From Candidatus Saccharimonadota bacterium (GTDB taxonomy: Bacteria > Patescibacteriota > Saccharimonadia > Saccharimonadales > JACQNP01), in NCBI GenBank assembly GCA_020428005.1, contig JAGQNP010000002.1, positions 1 to 61,902 on the forward strand: 61,902 nt of DNA, written 5' to 3'. A program made the translations under genes and the position numbers. Position 1 is the first letter of the stretch. Each line of letters starts with the position of its first letter. Shown here piece by piece: positions 10,062 to 19,727 of this stretch. The notes under the pieces are model-generated. The model was given only the letters and a program-made list of their open reading frames with translations. It did not search any database and was not told where the DNA came from.

Positions 10062-10745
10062 ATGAAACATCAAAACCAAACTGGATTTACAATTTTGGAA
10101 CTACTAATTGCTACCGCAGTATTCTCGATAATATTGCTAATTGGGGCCACTACTATTATTCAAGTTGGACGCATGTATTATCGCGGTGTTGTCGCATCGA
10201 AGAACCGAGAAGTCGTACGAAATGTCATTGATGAAATAAGTAGGCCGATTCAGCTCGAGGGTGCTGGAGTAATAACAGGTGTAGCTCCCGAAAATCAACC
10301 ATCAACTGGCGAGCAGGTTAGTGTCGAAGTTTTTTGTATCGGAAGTAAGCGCTACACTTACACCACTGGTGCATTTCTAGACGAAACACTTGATGGCACT
10401 GTAGTAGCCGGCCTAAATAATACTAAAAGAGTAAGGCATGTTTTATGGGTTGATAATGGTGGATCAGTTTGTACACCAGCTAATCTGACCATACCTAACC
10501 CAACTCCTGATGGAACAGAATTATTGTCTCCTGGAATGATGCTATCTGATATGTCATTAACTTCTACATCGATTGGTGCAACTGGTACTCAACGTTCCTA
10601 TAACCTAAGAGTTTTTGGTCTAACTGGTGCTGATGATCTAGTGCAATCTGATGGATCGGTTTGGCGGTGTGGCGCAGAGATTGTCGGCTCACAATGGTGT
10701 GCTGGATCGGATCTATTTACTAATGTTTATAAGCGTATAGAATAG
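10062..10745 (+). CDS. minor pilin / pseudopilin
   Basis: NQTG|FTILELLIATAVFS class III signal with Glu+5; abuts the preceding gene. Confidence 0.7.
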   Translation: MKHQNQTGFTILELLIATAVFSIILLIGATTIIQVGRMYYRGVVASKNREVVRNVIDEISRPIQLEGAGVITGVAPENQPSTGEQVSVEVFCIGSKRYTYTTGAFLDETLDGTVVAGLNNTKRVRHVLWVDNGGSVCTPANLTIPNPTPDGTELLSPGMMLSDMSLTSTSIGATGTQRSYNLRVFGLTGADDLVQSDGSVWRCGAEIVGSQWCAGSDLFTNVYKRIE

Positions 10746-10755
10746 AGATATAAAC

Positions 10756-11871
10756 ATGAGCAAAATTAATATCAAATTAGAAGACGAACGGGGGATGATA
10801 GCTATCACAGTAACAGTGATAATTATTGCTATCGTAAGTCTAATAACAATAGGATTTGCTGCAGTTATAAGACGTGATCAACGACAGTCGCTTGATCGAC
10901 AATTGAGCACCCAGGCTTATTATGCTGCCGAATCAGGTATTAATGATGCCATAGAATGGGTTAAGGCTGGCAACACTTCCGAGATATCTACATGTGGATC
11001 CTTGCCAGTAGGATTTCCTGGAGGCTCTAACCTAGGGCCAGGCGTCGAGTATAGTTGTTTATTAGTTGACCCAACACCCGATAAGTTAATATTTGATCCG
11101 CTTGGTACCGACAGATCGGTAATAGTGCCAATAGATGGCAATGCTGATGTAACTAGCATTAAAATAAGTTGGCAACGTAAGGAAGGTGGAAATCAGTTTT
11201 TGCTTGGTAGTGTCGGTGGGGCAAAGCACAATCTTCTTAGTCAAAATGAATGGGACACATATAATAGCCCGCCAGAAGGCAGAACTTCATTACTGAGAGT
11301 TGATCTTATACCGGCGTCGAGCTTAGATAGAGCAAATTTGACTGGAAAAATTAGAACGTTTTTCTTATATCCGCAGCATGAGAGTACTTCTGGGCCGAAT
11401 GCAGTAAATTATGAGGGTTCAGAGGCCAACCAGCAGTTATTTATTGATGGAAAGTGCAATACATCTAGTACTCCTCAGTATTGTAACGTAAGTCTAGATA
11501 GTCTGGGTGTTTCAGGTTCAGGGGATTTTTACCTAAGAATTCGATCTATATATGCTAGTTCAATAGTAACCGTTACCGCATTTGCTGGTGGTAATCAGGT
11601 TGAACTCTCTGGAGCTCAGGCTTTGATAGATGTCACAGGCAAGGCTGCCGATGTTGTGCGTAGACTACAGGTCACTGTTCCAATCAAGAAACAGTTTGAT
11701 TACCCAGAATTTGCTATTGAGACAACAGATACAATTTGTAAAAGGTTGAATGTTTGGCCATCAACAGCCTCGGGATCAGCCGGAGCTGATTACGAGCCGA
11801 TACCAGGAAGCTTTAATCCAAATGTTAATAACTCGCAGAATCAAAATATTTGTAACCCAACACAGCCTTAG
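10756..11871 (+). CDS. PilX-like pilus-associated protein (no Glu+5)
   Basis: N-terminus ERG|MIAITVTVIIIAIVSL is pilin-like but has Thr at +5; 371 aa; last gene of the pilus block. Confidence 0.5.
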   Translation: MSKINIKLEDERGMIAITVTVIIIAIVSLITIGFAAVIRRDQRQSLDRQLSTQAYYAAESGINDAIEWVKAGNTSEISTCGSLPVGFPGGSNLGPGVEYSCLLVDPTPDKLIFDPLGTDRSVIVPIDGNADVTSIKISWQRKEGGNQFLLGSVGGAKHNLLSQNEWDTYNSPPEGRTSLLRVDLIPASSLDRANLTGKIRTFFLYPQHESTSGPNAVNYEGSEANQQLFIDGKCNTSSTPQYCNVSLDSLGVSGSGDFYLRIRSIYASSIVTVTAFAGGNQVELSGAQALIDVTGKAADVVRRLQVTVPIKKQFDYPEFAIETTDTICKRLNVWPSTASGSAGADYEPIPGSFNPNVNNSQNQNICNPTQP

Positions 11872-12782
11872 TTATTCTTTCGGTGGAATTTTTCGTGGAC
11901 TGCCTTTAAGTGTGGGTCTGTAACGTGGGTATATATTTGTGTCGTTGAAATGTTGCTGTGGCCTAACATAGCCTGCACAGAACGTAAATCAGCTCCGTTC
12001 ATAAGTAAATCAGTAGCATAACTGTGTCTTAAGGTGTGAGGACTAACATGCTTGGTTATTCCGGCTAGTAGGGCATAGCGAGCCACTAATCGTTGTACGC
12101 TTCTGGCTGTTAACCTGTGATAGTTTCCGCTCAAATCTACTGTTTTGCGCCCACTGTACCTTATAAATAGAGGTTTTACAGTGTCGGTTCGCTTATCTAG
12201 ATACTTTTGTATCCAATAGGCTGCATCTTCGCTAATAAAGATTGGACGATCTTTTTGTCCCTTACCACGTACCATAAATTCTCGTCGCTTGATATTAACA
12301 TGATCTTTATCTAAGCCAACAAGCTCAGAAACACGCAAACCACTACTAAATAGTAACTCTAGAATAGCTCGGTCACGTAGTCCGTTAATGGTTTCAACTT
12401 TCGGCTGAGCAAATAATCTCTCAACTTCTTCGGGGTTTAGGAAAGTAACTTGCTTACGAGCGGTTTTAGCAAGTTCGATCTTTTCTGGTGATAGGCATTT
12501 AATATCGCGCTTAGTACAAAATTTTAAGAAGCTTCTAAGTGCAATAAGGTGATAGTTCAAGGTGTTTTTCTGGAGTTCGTCATTAGTATTTGTGCCAAGT
12601 CTGTTAAGCCATAATCGCCATTTACGAACCATCTCGTTATCAATGTCCGATACTTTTATGTCACCAGCAAAATCTATCAGCCTGGTTAAATAGTGATCAT
12701 AGTTAGCAATAGTCTTTTGTGATCGATTTTGTTCAATTTCTAGGTATTCCAAAAAATCGGTACGGGCTTTCGAAAATAACAT
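11868..12782 (-). CDS. tyrosine site-specific recombinase, XerC/XerD type
   Basis: C-terminal HTLRHSYATDLLMNGADLRSVQAMLGHSNISTTQIYTHV (R-H-R-Y catalytic set); 304 aa. Confidence 0.85.
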   Translation of the reverse strand: MLFSKARTDFLEYLEIEQNRSQKTIANYDHYLTRLIDFAGDIKVSDIDNEMVRKWRLWLNRLGTNTNDELQKNTLNYHLIALRSFLKFCTKRDIKCLSPEKIELAKTARKQVTFLNPEEVERLFAQPKVETINGLRDRAILELLFSSGLRVSELVGLDKDHVNIKRREFMVRGKGQKDRPIFISEDAAYWIQKYLDKRTDTVKPLFIRYSGRKTVDLSGNYHRLTARSVQRLVARYALLAGITKHVSPHTLRHSYATDLLMNGADLRSVQAMLGHSNISTTQIYTHVTDPHLKAVHEKFHRKNN

Positions 12783-12870
12783 AACAACTATTATTGTACG
12801 ACATTAAAATTGATATTCAATAAACTTATTATCTCTGTTAGAATAGACATTGAATAACATAAGGATTCAA

Positions 12871-13386
12871 ATGGAAAAGACACTGATAATACTAAAACCT
12901 GATGCACTAAAACGGGGGATTGTTGGCGAAATATTGACCAGGTTTGAAAAGGCTGGACTAAAAATTGTCGCTATGAAAATGCTCGAACCTGATTATGAAC
13001 ACTATTATGAACACTATGAAAATATTGGCGAGATGATTTCACGTCGTGGTCAAGAGGCATTTGATGTAACTCTAGAGTTTATGCAGGACGGTCCAGTTAT
13101 TGCAGCTGTTCTTGAGGGAATAGAGGCAGTGGCATTGGTCCGAAAAATGGTTGGAACAACCGAGCCTAAGGCTGCCCTGCCAGGAACAATCAGGGGTGAT
13201 TATGCTCATATGAGCTTTGATTACGCTAATGGAATAGGTGTGGGCATACCAAACCTTATTCATGCTTCTGGTGATCCAAAAGAAGCTAAGAAAGAAATAT
13301 CACATTGGTTTGCAGAGAACGAACAGTATGAATACAAAACTGTTCATGATGTTTACACTCAAGCTGAAAAGCGCAAAAAGAAATAA
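12871..13386 (+). CDS. ndk: nucleoside diphosphate kinase
   Basis: EKTLIILKPDA..., NLIHASGD active-site His context. ATG 12871 is preceded by AAGGA; the track uses TTG 12850. Confidence 0.85.
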   Translation: MEKTLIILKPDALKRGIVGEILTRFEKAGLKIVAMKMLEPDYEHYYEHYENIGEMISRRGQEAFDVTLEFMQDGPVIAAVLEGIEAVALVRKMVGTTEPKAALPGTIRGDYAHMSFDYANGIGVGIPNLIHASGDPKEAKKEISHWFAENEQYEYKTVHDVYTQAEKRKKK

Positions 13387-13439
13387 TCATAGGATATAAT
13401 GTCACGGAAAGAGAAGTTTAACTTTCTCTTTTAGCGTGT

Positions 13440-13514
13440 GTCCCCATAGTTCAATGGATAGAATAACTCCGTCCTAAGGAGCAGATAGCGGTTCGAATCC
13501 GTTTGGGGATACCA
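13440..13514 (+). tRNA. tRNA-Arg (anticodon CCU)
   Basis: 75-nt cloverleaf: acceptor GTCCCCA/TGGGGAT, anticodon loop gtCCTaa, T-arm AGCGG-TTCGAAT-CCGTT, encoded CCA. Confidence 0.85.
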
Positions 13515-13552
13515 CATATTAGATTACAACCCAATCTGTTAGAATAAAGCTT

Positions 13553-14110
13553 ATGCCAGTTCAGTACTTTGAAGATCAGTTTGAAGATGAAGAAGTACTA
13601 TTTGTATTTAGAAAACACCCCATAGTTATGCGGTTGGGCTTAGTCTTGGGTTCTCTGGGGCCACTTTTAGGCGTTATTCCAGCTGCTGTAAAACCAGACC
13701 TAGGCTTTGGTTGGTTCTGGGGTGGGCTAGCATTAGGTTGTCTGTTAGGATTTCTTTTATTTTTTCCATCTTGGATAAATTGGTATTACAGTGTTTTTAT
13801 CATGACAGACCAAAGATTCATCCAAATAACTCAAAAGGGTTTGTTCCATCGTAGCGTTGTCGACATAGGTATCAATCAGATTCAGATGGTTAACTATGAA
13901 GTTGCTGGTTTTCAGGAAACTATCCTAGGTTATGGTACGATATTAATGCAGACGTATCTGGGGGATTTGACTATACATAACTTGCACCACCCAGCAAAGA
14001 TACAGAAGAAAATGATAAATATACTGCGAGAACAAGGTATTATTCTGAAGAATTTTCCAGCAAAAAGTAAGGATTTAGATGCTCAAGAAGATCAAAGCGA
14101 AGAAGAATAA
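13553..14110 (+). CDS. membrane protein with bacterial PH (YdbS/YdbT-like) domain
   Basis: Two TMs followed by YSVFIMTDQRFIQI...GYGTILMQT, which resembles bPH_2. Assignment by eye only. Confidence 0.45.
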   Translation: MPVQYFEDQFEDEEVLFVFRKHPIVMRLGLVLGSLGPLLGVIPAAVKPDLGFGWFWGGLALGCLLGFLLFFPSWINWYYSVFIMTDQRFIQITQKGLFHRSVVDIGINQIQMVNYEVAGFQETILGYGTILMQTYLGDLTIHNLHHPAKIQKKMINILREQGIILKNFPAKSKDLDAQEDQSEEE

Positions 14111-15146
14111 ACTTCAACAAAAGATAAAAGACCGCAAAAAAACTCCCTTAGAAACAGGCGAGTCTGTCGGACGAGTTACCAATAAAACTGTTGCCGAACA
14201 CAGGGAAGAAGTTATTGGAAATGCTCGTAAGTATATATATCCTTTACAGCACTCAAAGCATCGTATAGTTATAGTTTCTATAACTTTATTTATTGCAGCC
14301 TTTGTAGCCTTTGTTGGCTACACAACACTGGCACTTTATAAGTTTAAGTCTCACTCAACTTTTACTTACAAAGTAACTCAGGTTATACCATTTCCTATAG
14401 CGCGCATTGGCAGGGAGTTTGTGTCATATGAGAATTATCTATTCGAGCTCAGAAGGTATGTCCATTATTACGAGACACAGGGCAAACTAGATTTTGATGA
14501 CCCAAAAAACAAAGAACAACTAGATCGTTTTAAACAAGATGCACTAAACAAGGTCATCAACGATGCTTATATAAAGAAACTAGCAAAGCAAAGTAATATT
14601 ACAGTTTCATCAGATGAAGTTGATCAACAAGTTGCTTTGCTCAGGGAACAAAATCGATTAGGTAATAGTGACAGGGTATTTGAAGATGTTTTGGCCGATT
14701 TTTGGGGTTGGACTATCGACGACTTCAAACGCAGCCTGAAACAAGAAATGTTAGCTCAGAAGCTGTTATCGAGTCTAGACACCGAGAACCAAGACAGAGC
14801 GAGTAAGGCATTGGCCGAGATTAAGGGGGGTGCTGACTTTTCGGAAGTTGCTAAAAACTACTCAGATGATGAGAACACTAAAGCCAACGGAGGTGAATTT
14901 GGGTTTCCAGTCGATCGTTCTAGTAAGGTAGTAAACCCATATGTTGTAAATGCTTTGTTCAAGCTAAAGCCGGGTGAGACTTCTGAGATCGTAAACACTG
15001 GCTACAAGTTGGTGATAGTTAAGAATATAGAAACCAATGGTGACAAGGTTCGTGGAGCAATCATTGAGTTCAATTTTAAAGATGTTAACGATTATTTAAA
15101 TAACCTTAAAGAACAACAACCAACCAGAGCATACGTTAAGAATTAG
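14079..15146 (+). CDS. parvulin-type peptidyl-prolyl isomerase (PrsA/SurA-like), membrane anchored
   Basis: N-terminal TM; C-terminal PpiC rotamase motifs GADFSEVAKNYSDD...NGGEFGF. The start is uncertain because it overlaps the previous gene by 32 nt. Confidence 0.7.
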   Translation: MLKKIKAKKNKLQQKIKDRKKTPLETGESVGRVTNKTVAEHREEVIGNARKYIYPLQHSKHRIVIVSITLFIAAFVAFVGYTTLALYKFKSHSTFTYKVTQVIPFPIARIGREFVSYENYLFELRRYVHYYETQGKLDFDDPKNKEQLDRFKQDALNKVINDAYIKKLAKQSNITVSSDEVDQQVALLREQNRLGNSDRVFEDVLADFWGWTIDDFKRSLKQEMLAQKLLSSLDTENQDRASKALAEIKGGADFSEVAKNYSDDENTKANGGEFGFPVDRSSKVVNPYVVNALFKLKPGETSEIVNTGYKLVIVKNIETNGDKVRGAIIEFNFKDVNDYLNNLKEQQPTRAYVKN

Positions 15147-16098
15147 CGGGCTTTATTTCTACGTTGATGTTAGGTTCTCTTCCTACGTATCCTTCAGGTC
15201 TACTAGCTTCTTTACGTGCGAACATATCTTGGTCAGCAATTGCTAGACCACCGCTTAGGTCGTGAAACTCATTGCTAGGTGCGAATCCAATACTTGCGCC
15301 AGCTGTCCAACTGGTTCTCTTAGCCTCAGGTAGTGGTTCATCTTGTGGGCCAAACGATATCTGTGAAGTGCCCAGTTCTATATCACTTATTGCTTGCTCT
15401 ATATCTTCACGCTTTCTTCCACCATAAAAGGCGATAGCGAACTCGTCACCACCAGTTCTGAAGATTTCGCCCAGATCACTACCAGGCATTTTCTCGTCAC
15501 CGGCTAGTCGTTTCTGGGCTAATTCAGCAAACCGTTGTAATACCTCATCACCTCTTCGGTGGCCAAAATTGTCATTTGCTCCCTTAAAATCATTCAAGTC
15601 AACCAAAGCCACTCCACTTATGCCTTCTACTCCAGTTTTACTAACTAGTAATTCCAGAGCCTCTCGGTTTTTTAGTCCAGTTAGCTTGTCTTTCATCGAA
15701 TCTTCGATTTGGGCTTCGGCTTCTGTTTCGATTTCGGAGTATGCAGCTTCAACCTCAGCTCTAGCTTGCTCTGCATGTGTACCTGCACCTGCACCCAAGT
15801 GATTATCCCATGCCTCATCAATTTGGCTTTGAACTTTTTCTGGCTTTGTTGGTGCTGACATTTCACCAGCATCCATAGCATCCAAATAGCCCTGTGCAAC
15901 GTTTGATTTATCAACTGGTGTTTCGCTGGGTAGGGAGTCACCTATTTTAGGTTGTTCTTGAGTGGGTAATTCAATTTCAATAGTTGGCCCAAAAATAATA
16001 GAACCAATCTGTGCGGCTTTTTCTGCGTCAATCTGTCTTTGCAAGACTTCTGTTTGTGCGACAAATTCACTTTGGTCTGGTTGAGGTATTTCTGACAT
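15136..16098 (-). CDS. GGDEF-domain protein (putative diguanylate cyclase) with acidic, low-complexity N-terminus
   Basis: DLNDFKGANDNFGHRRGDEVL ... FRTGGDEFAIAF. No RxxD I-site five residues upstream of GGDEF; no TM or recognisable sensor domain. Confidence 0.8.
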   Translation of the reverse strand: MSEIPQPDQSEFVAQTEVLQRQIDAEKAAQIGSIIFGPTIEIELPTQEQPKIGDSLPSETPVDKSNVAQGYLDAMDAGEMSAPTKPEKVQSQIDEAWDNHLGAGAGTHAEQARAEVEAAYSEIETEAEAQIEDSMKDKLTGLKNREALELLVSKTGVEGISGVALVDLNDFKGANDNFGHRRGDEVLQRFAELAQKRLAGDEKMPGSDLGEIFRTGGDEFAIAFYGGRKREDIEQAISDIELGTSQISFGPQDEPLPEAKRTSWTAGASIGFAPSNEFHDLSGGLAIADQDMFARKEASRPEGYVGREPNINVEIKPANS

Positions 16099-16183
16099 TT
16101 TTGTTTTACTAATTTACAAGAGTAATAATAACAAAAAATACAAAAAAAGTCAATCTTATGTCAAAGATTAAATCTTATAATAT

Positions 16184-16447
16184 TCATTCTTCTTTTTTAT
16201 CTTGGCCATTTAAGAAAATGGCAAGGCCATTCAAAGCCATCTTTTGTCCAGCCAACAAACCAAGCTCATATGCTACATTTGGATCACTAATTGCCTCGAT
16301 ATTCATATCTGAGATAATTTCACCCTGATCATCTATTACAGCAGTACCAAGGTCATGCTCAGAAACCAGGTCACCTAATTCAACGGCAACACGATTAGCT
16401 TCTAGTGCGTGCCACTCATGTATAGCCTCTAAACTCACCAAAAACAT
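16184..16447 (-). CDS. hypothetical acidic 87-aa protein
   Basis: ORF only; co-directional with the GGDEF gene; no family recognised. Confidence 0.35.
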   Translation of the reverse strand: MFLVSLEAIHEWHALEANRVAVELGDLVSEHDLGTAVIDDQGEIISDMNIEAISDPNVAYELGLLAGQKMALNGLAIFLNGQDKKEE

Positions 16448-16499
16448 ACGCTAATTATACATCAAAATAGCAAATAAAGCAATAGCAATTTAACTTAAT

Positions 16500-17498
16500 C
16501 TATTCGTGATCGAAGGTGTCAAGAATGTCATTAAATGCATCGCCACTTTTATCCCAAGTCTTGTCGATGGCTACAACAGCTAATATGTCCATATTGCGAC
16601 CCTTAACACCTAGGATTGCGACCATTTTACCTTTTACGTTACGATTGGTGTATTTACCGCAGTCAACTTCAATTCTATAAGCGAGTGGATAGTTATCATG
16701 CTCAGTCTTGTTTATCTCAGACTTTGTGATTTCTTCACAGCCATCACCACTAAAAGCTTGCGGGTCGGCAAATTGCTTTTTTAGAGCTTCATCTAGCTGA
16801 GTTTTTTGTGAATCAGTTAAACTCTCAAAATCAACACCGATACTCTCACTGATAATTCCCATACCTTGGTCACTATCATCAATTTTTTTGCCTCCCTCGG
16901 TATAAGCAATGTCAAAGTCTTTATCCTCTATTTTTGACCACTGTTTAGGGTGTTTAAACTTAACCCCGTCCGAGGTTTCTTCAACTAAATCACTTACTGT
17001 TATTTTGCTGCCCGAGAACAGAGTATCTTTTACAAGTATGCCAATACCTGTAACACTAACCAAGATTACTACTAAAACTATAAGTATTCTTAATTTTGAT
17101 GATTTTAAGAAATTTTCTTTGGGTAGGTTGGTTGAACTCATATTAGCCATGCCAGGTGAATTTGCTGGAGGTACATAGCCTGGTTGCATTGGATTAGTTG
17201 ATTGCGAGGGCGGTTGGACGATACCTGTCGGTTGTATTGGTTGTTGCATTTCTTGGGTTGGCGCGGATTGTTGATCTGCCTGCGGCATTACAGTACTAGA
17301 TTGCATTGGATCTGTCGTGGTAGGGGCCTGAATAGGCTGTTCCGGCATTGTCTGAGACTGTGATTCGGGTTGAATAGGGTTAGGTGGTGCGACTGTGGGC
17401 TGTCCTGGATCTGTCGTAGGTTGTTGTGGTGGCTCTGACCCAACTGGTTGAACAGGGTTAATGTTTGGCATTTGTGGTTGGTTTTGGTCCGGTTGCAT
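16500..17498 (-). CDS. membrane-anchored protein with ~120-aa Pro/Gln-rich N-terminus
   Basis: PQ-rich low complexity, one TM (LRILIVLVVILVSVTGIGILV), ~170-aa C-terminal globular part; no family recognised. Confidence 0.5.
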   Translation of the reverse strand: MQPDQNQPQMPNINPVQPVGSEPPQQPTTDPGQPTVAPPNPIQPESQSQTMPEQPIQAPTTTDPMQSSTVMPQADQQSAPTQEMQQPIQPTGIVQPPSQSTNPMQPGYVPPANSPGMANMSSTNLPKENFLKSSKLRILIVLVVILVSVTGIGILVKDTLFSGSKITVSDLVEETSDGVKFKHPKQWSKIEDKDFDIAYTEGGKKIDDSDQGMGIISESIGVDFESLTDSQKTQLDEALKKQFADPQAFSGDGCEEITKSEINKTEHDNYPLAYRIEVDCGKYTNRNVKGKMVAILGVKGRNMDILAVVAIDKTWDKSGDAFNDILDTFDHE

Positions 17499-17600
17499 TT
17501 AAATCTCCCTAATATACTTAACTACTACTCTATTACAAATTAAGCATAAGCGAAAGTGCAGTATAGCAAATGTACTATTTGGTATACTTTTTATATATCT

Positions 17601-18731
17601 ATGGAACCAGCGCTTAACGAGCAACCAGAGACAATACATCAAGATGTAAGTCGCAAACAGAAGCTAAAAAAAGTTCTCATATTTGTGGTTCCTGCAATGT
17701 TTATTATTTTCGTTTTTTCTATCACCTATATCTTATTAAGGCACAACAAATCTGATGGCCAGAACGGTAAAGATTTATCAATCAATACTGAAAAAGTCGA
17801 ATCAGATGAACATCACGTGACGACAATTGACTACACGAAGTTACCACTGGGCGACAACAAGTATTCCTCATCACCTAAGGCTGGCTATGTGTACTCGTGC
17901 CAAACTTCATTTAACGGTGGAGGAGCCTTTCAACAGGGTCCTTGGATTGATACCGAGTCTGGTACTTGGGATTTAACTCGTAAAATATCTGTCGATGGTG
18001 ATGTCGACTGGCCAGATGCTTTTTGGAATTCAGATTCTAACGGAGAATATCGTTCTATTGCAAGTGCCGATCTACCACACGGACATCGTACAGGCACATT
18101 CCCAATAGCTAGTTCGGATGACGCCTACCAATACGATAGGAATCCAAACAGCATTGCTAAGCAGTCAATAAAGTTTCAGGTACCACTCAACCCCAGTAGA
18201 TTGAGTTCACCTAAGTGCGTTGGGGGTGAGGTTGGTATTGCTACGACTGGTGTACTAATTTTTAGTGCATTTGATGCAGGTGGCCGTGATGCAGTCGCGA
18301 CTGAAGTACAAGATTCGTGCCAAGGCCATCCTCAGGCTGGTAGTTATTACCATTATCACGGTTACAGTAGCTGTTTTAAGGATGACTCTGGTGATGGTGA
18401 ACATTCCTCACTGTTAGGATATGCATTTGATGGGTTCGGTATATTTGGCCTCAAGGGTGAGGGTGGTGTTGAACTTTCAACTAAAGACCTAGACGAATGC
18501 CATGGACATACACATGTTATTGATTGGAACGGTGAAAGTAGGGAGATATATCACTATCACATGACCCAGGATTTTCCATATACGGTAAGTTGCTACAGAG
18601 GTGAACCGACAGTTGATGGACTTTCTTCTGGTGAGGGCGGAGCACAATCTGGCGGAACATTACCCCAAGGTCCTAATCAGCAAGGTGGTTCTGCTGGCCC
18701 AAAGTCACCAGCTATGCCCCCACGCCAATGA
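17601..18731 (+). CDS. YHYH-domain protein, membrane anchored / secreted
   Basis: Two YHYH motifs (SYYHYHGY, IYHYHMT); N-terminal TM. ATG 17601 is preferred over the GTG 17556 used in the track. Confidence 0.6.
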   Translation: MEPALNEQPETIHQDVSRKQKLKKVLIFVVPAMFIIFVFSITYILLRHNKSDGQNGKDLSINTEKVESDEHHVTTIDYTKLPLGDNKYSSSPKAGYVYSCQTSFNGGGAFQQGPWIDTESGTWDLTRKISVDGDVDWPDAFWNSDSNGEYRSIASADLPHGHRTGTFPIASSDDAYQYDRNPNSIAKQSIKFQVPLNPSRLSSPKCVGGEVGIATTGVLIFSAFDAGGRDAVATEVQDSCQGHPQAGSYYHYHGYSSCFKDDSGDGEHSSLLGYAFDGFGIFGLKGEGGVELSTKDLDECHGHTHVIDWNGESREIYHYHMTQDFPYTVSCYRGEPTVDGLSSGEGGAQSGGTLPQGPNQQGGSAGPKSPAMPPRQ

Positions 18732-18753
18732 AGGTACTGTTTTTAGTTTTTAC

Positions 18754-19500
18754 CTAATCTATATATTCTGCTGGCCCACGCATTACTGAAAAACCAGCTT
18801 TATCAACCCAAATCCGTGCTGTACCACCTGGAACATGAATATCTAGGGGATAGGTTGCCAACCTTTTGTTTACGCATGCTTCTGCAGCGGATACCATTCC
18901 AGTTCCACAGGCCAGTGTTTCACCGACACCACGTTCCCAGATACGCATACTAATGTCGTGAGGTGAATCTATTTCTACGAATTCTACGTTAGTCCGTTTT
19001 GGGAAATATGTATCATGTTCTACCTTTGGACCGATTTTTTTAACAGGAGCCAATTCGATGTTATCAACTAAGGTGATAGCATGTGGGTTGCCAACATTCG
19101 CAGTAACAAACTCATAGCCATAAAGTTCTATAACTTTTTTATCCACTTTAACTCTTCCAACTTGAACTTCAATTCTATTAGCGTTCTTGTCATTCCAAGA
19201 TACTTTTAGTTTTCCAGCATCAGTTTTTACGGTGAACGCCCCGGGGTTAACTAAATTATTGTCGACAGCAAAACGTGTCAGGCAGCGCAGCCCATTCCCG
19301 CACATTTCAGCCGACGAACCATCACTGTTCCAGTATTTCATTCTCACTAACTTTTTTTCTAGGGGTGTTACTACTATCAGGCCATCTACATGATTTGTTT
19401 CACAGTGTTTAATTACTTCATTTGTGCTTGGTGAATAAGGACCCAGAAAGAACACAAACGTATTTCCTAATCCCTGCATCTTTATAGGTTTATTGGTCAT
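18754..19500 (-). CDS. dapF: diaminopimelate epimerase
   Basis: Catalytic Cys motifs EMCGNGLRC and LACGTG; 248 aa. Confidence 0.85.
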   Translation of the reverse strand: MTNKPIKMQGLGNTFVFFLGPYSPSTNEVIKHCETNHVDGLIVVTPLEKKLVRMKYWNSDGSSAEMCGNGLRCLTRFAVDNNLVNPGAFTVKTDAGKLKVSWNDKNANRIEVQVGRVKVDKKVIELYGYEFVTANVGNPHAITLVDNIELAPVKKIGPKVEHDTYFPKRTNVEFVEIDSPHDISMRIWERGVGETLACGTGMVSAAEACVNKRLATYPLDIHVPGGTARIWVDKAGFSVMRGPAEYID

Positions 19501-19513
19501 AAAATAATGATAA

Positions 19514-19540
19514 CAAAAAATCCCCTTGGGACAGGGGATA
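19514..19540 (-). terminator. intrinsic terminator downstream of tRNA-Asp
   Basis: Minus strand ATCCCCT-GTCCCA-AGGGGAT followed by TTTTTT. Confidence 0.6.
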
Positions 19541-19554
19541 TTAACTTACTGTTC

Positions 19555-19632
19555 TGGCGGGCCCGACCGGATTCGAACCGGCGATCTCCTCCGTGACAGG
19601 GAGGCATGTTAGGCCATCTACACCACGAGCCC
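19555..19632 (-). tRNA. tRNA-Asp (anticodon GUC)
   Basis: 78-nt cloverleaf on the minus strand: acceptor GGGCTCG/CGGGCCC, anticodon loop ctGTCac, T-arm GCCGG-TTCGAAT-CCGGT, CCA encoded. Confidence 0.85.
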
Positions 19633-19727
19633 GCATTTGTCATTAGACAAAGCCGATGATAGCAAGAACAGGGGCAAAAAGCAATCTAAAATTTACAAAA
19701 ATGTGCAAAGGTGATATAATTTTATAA

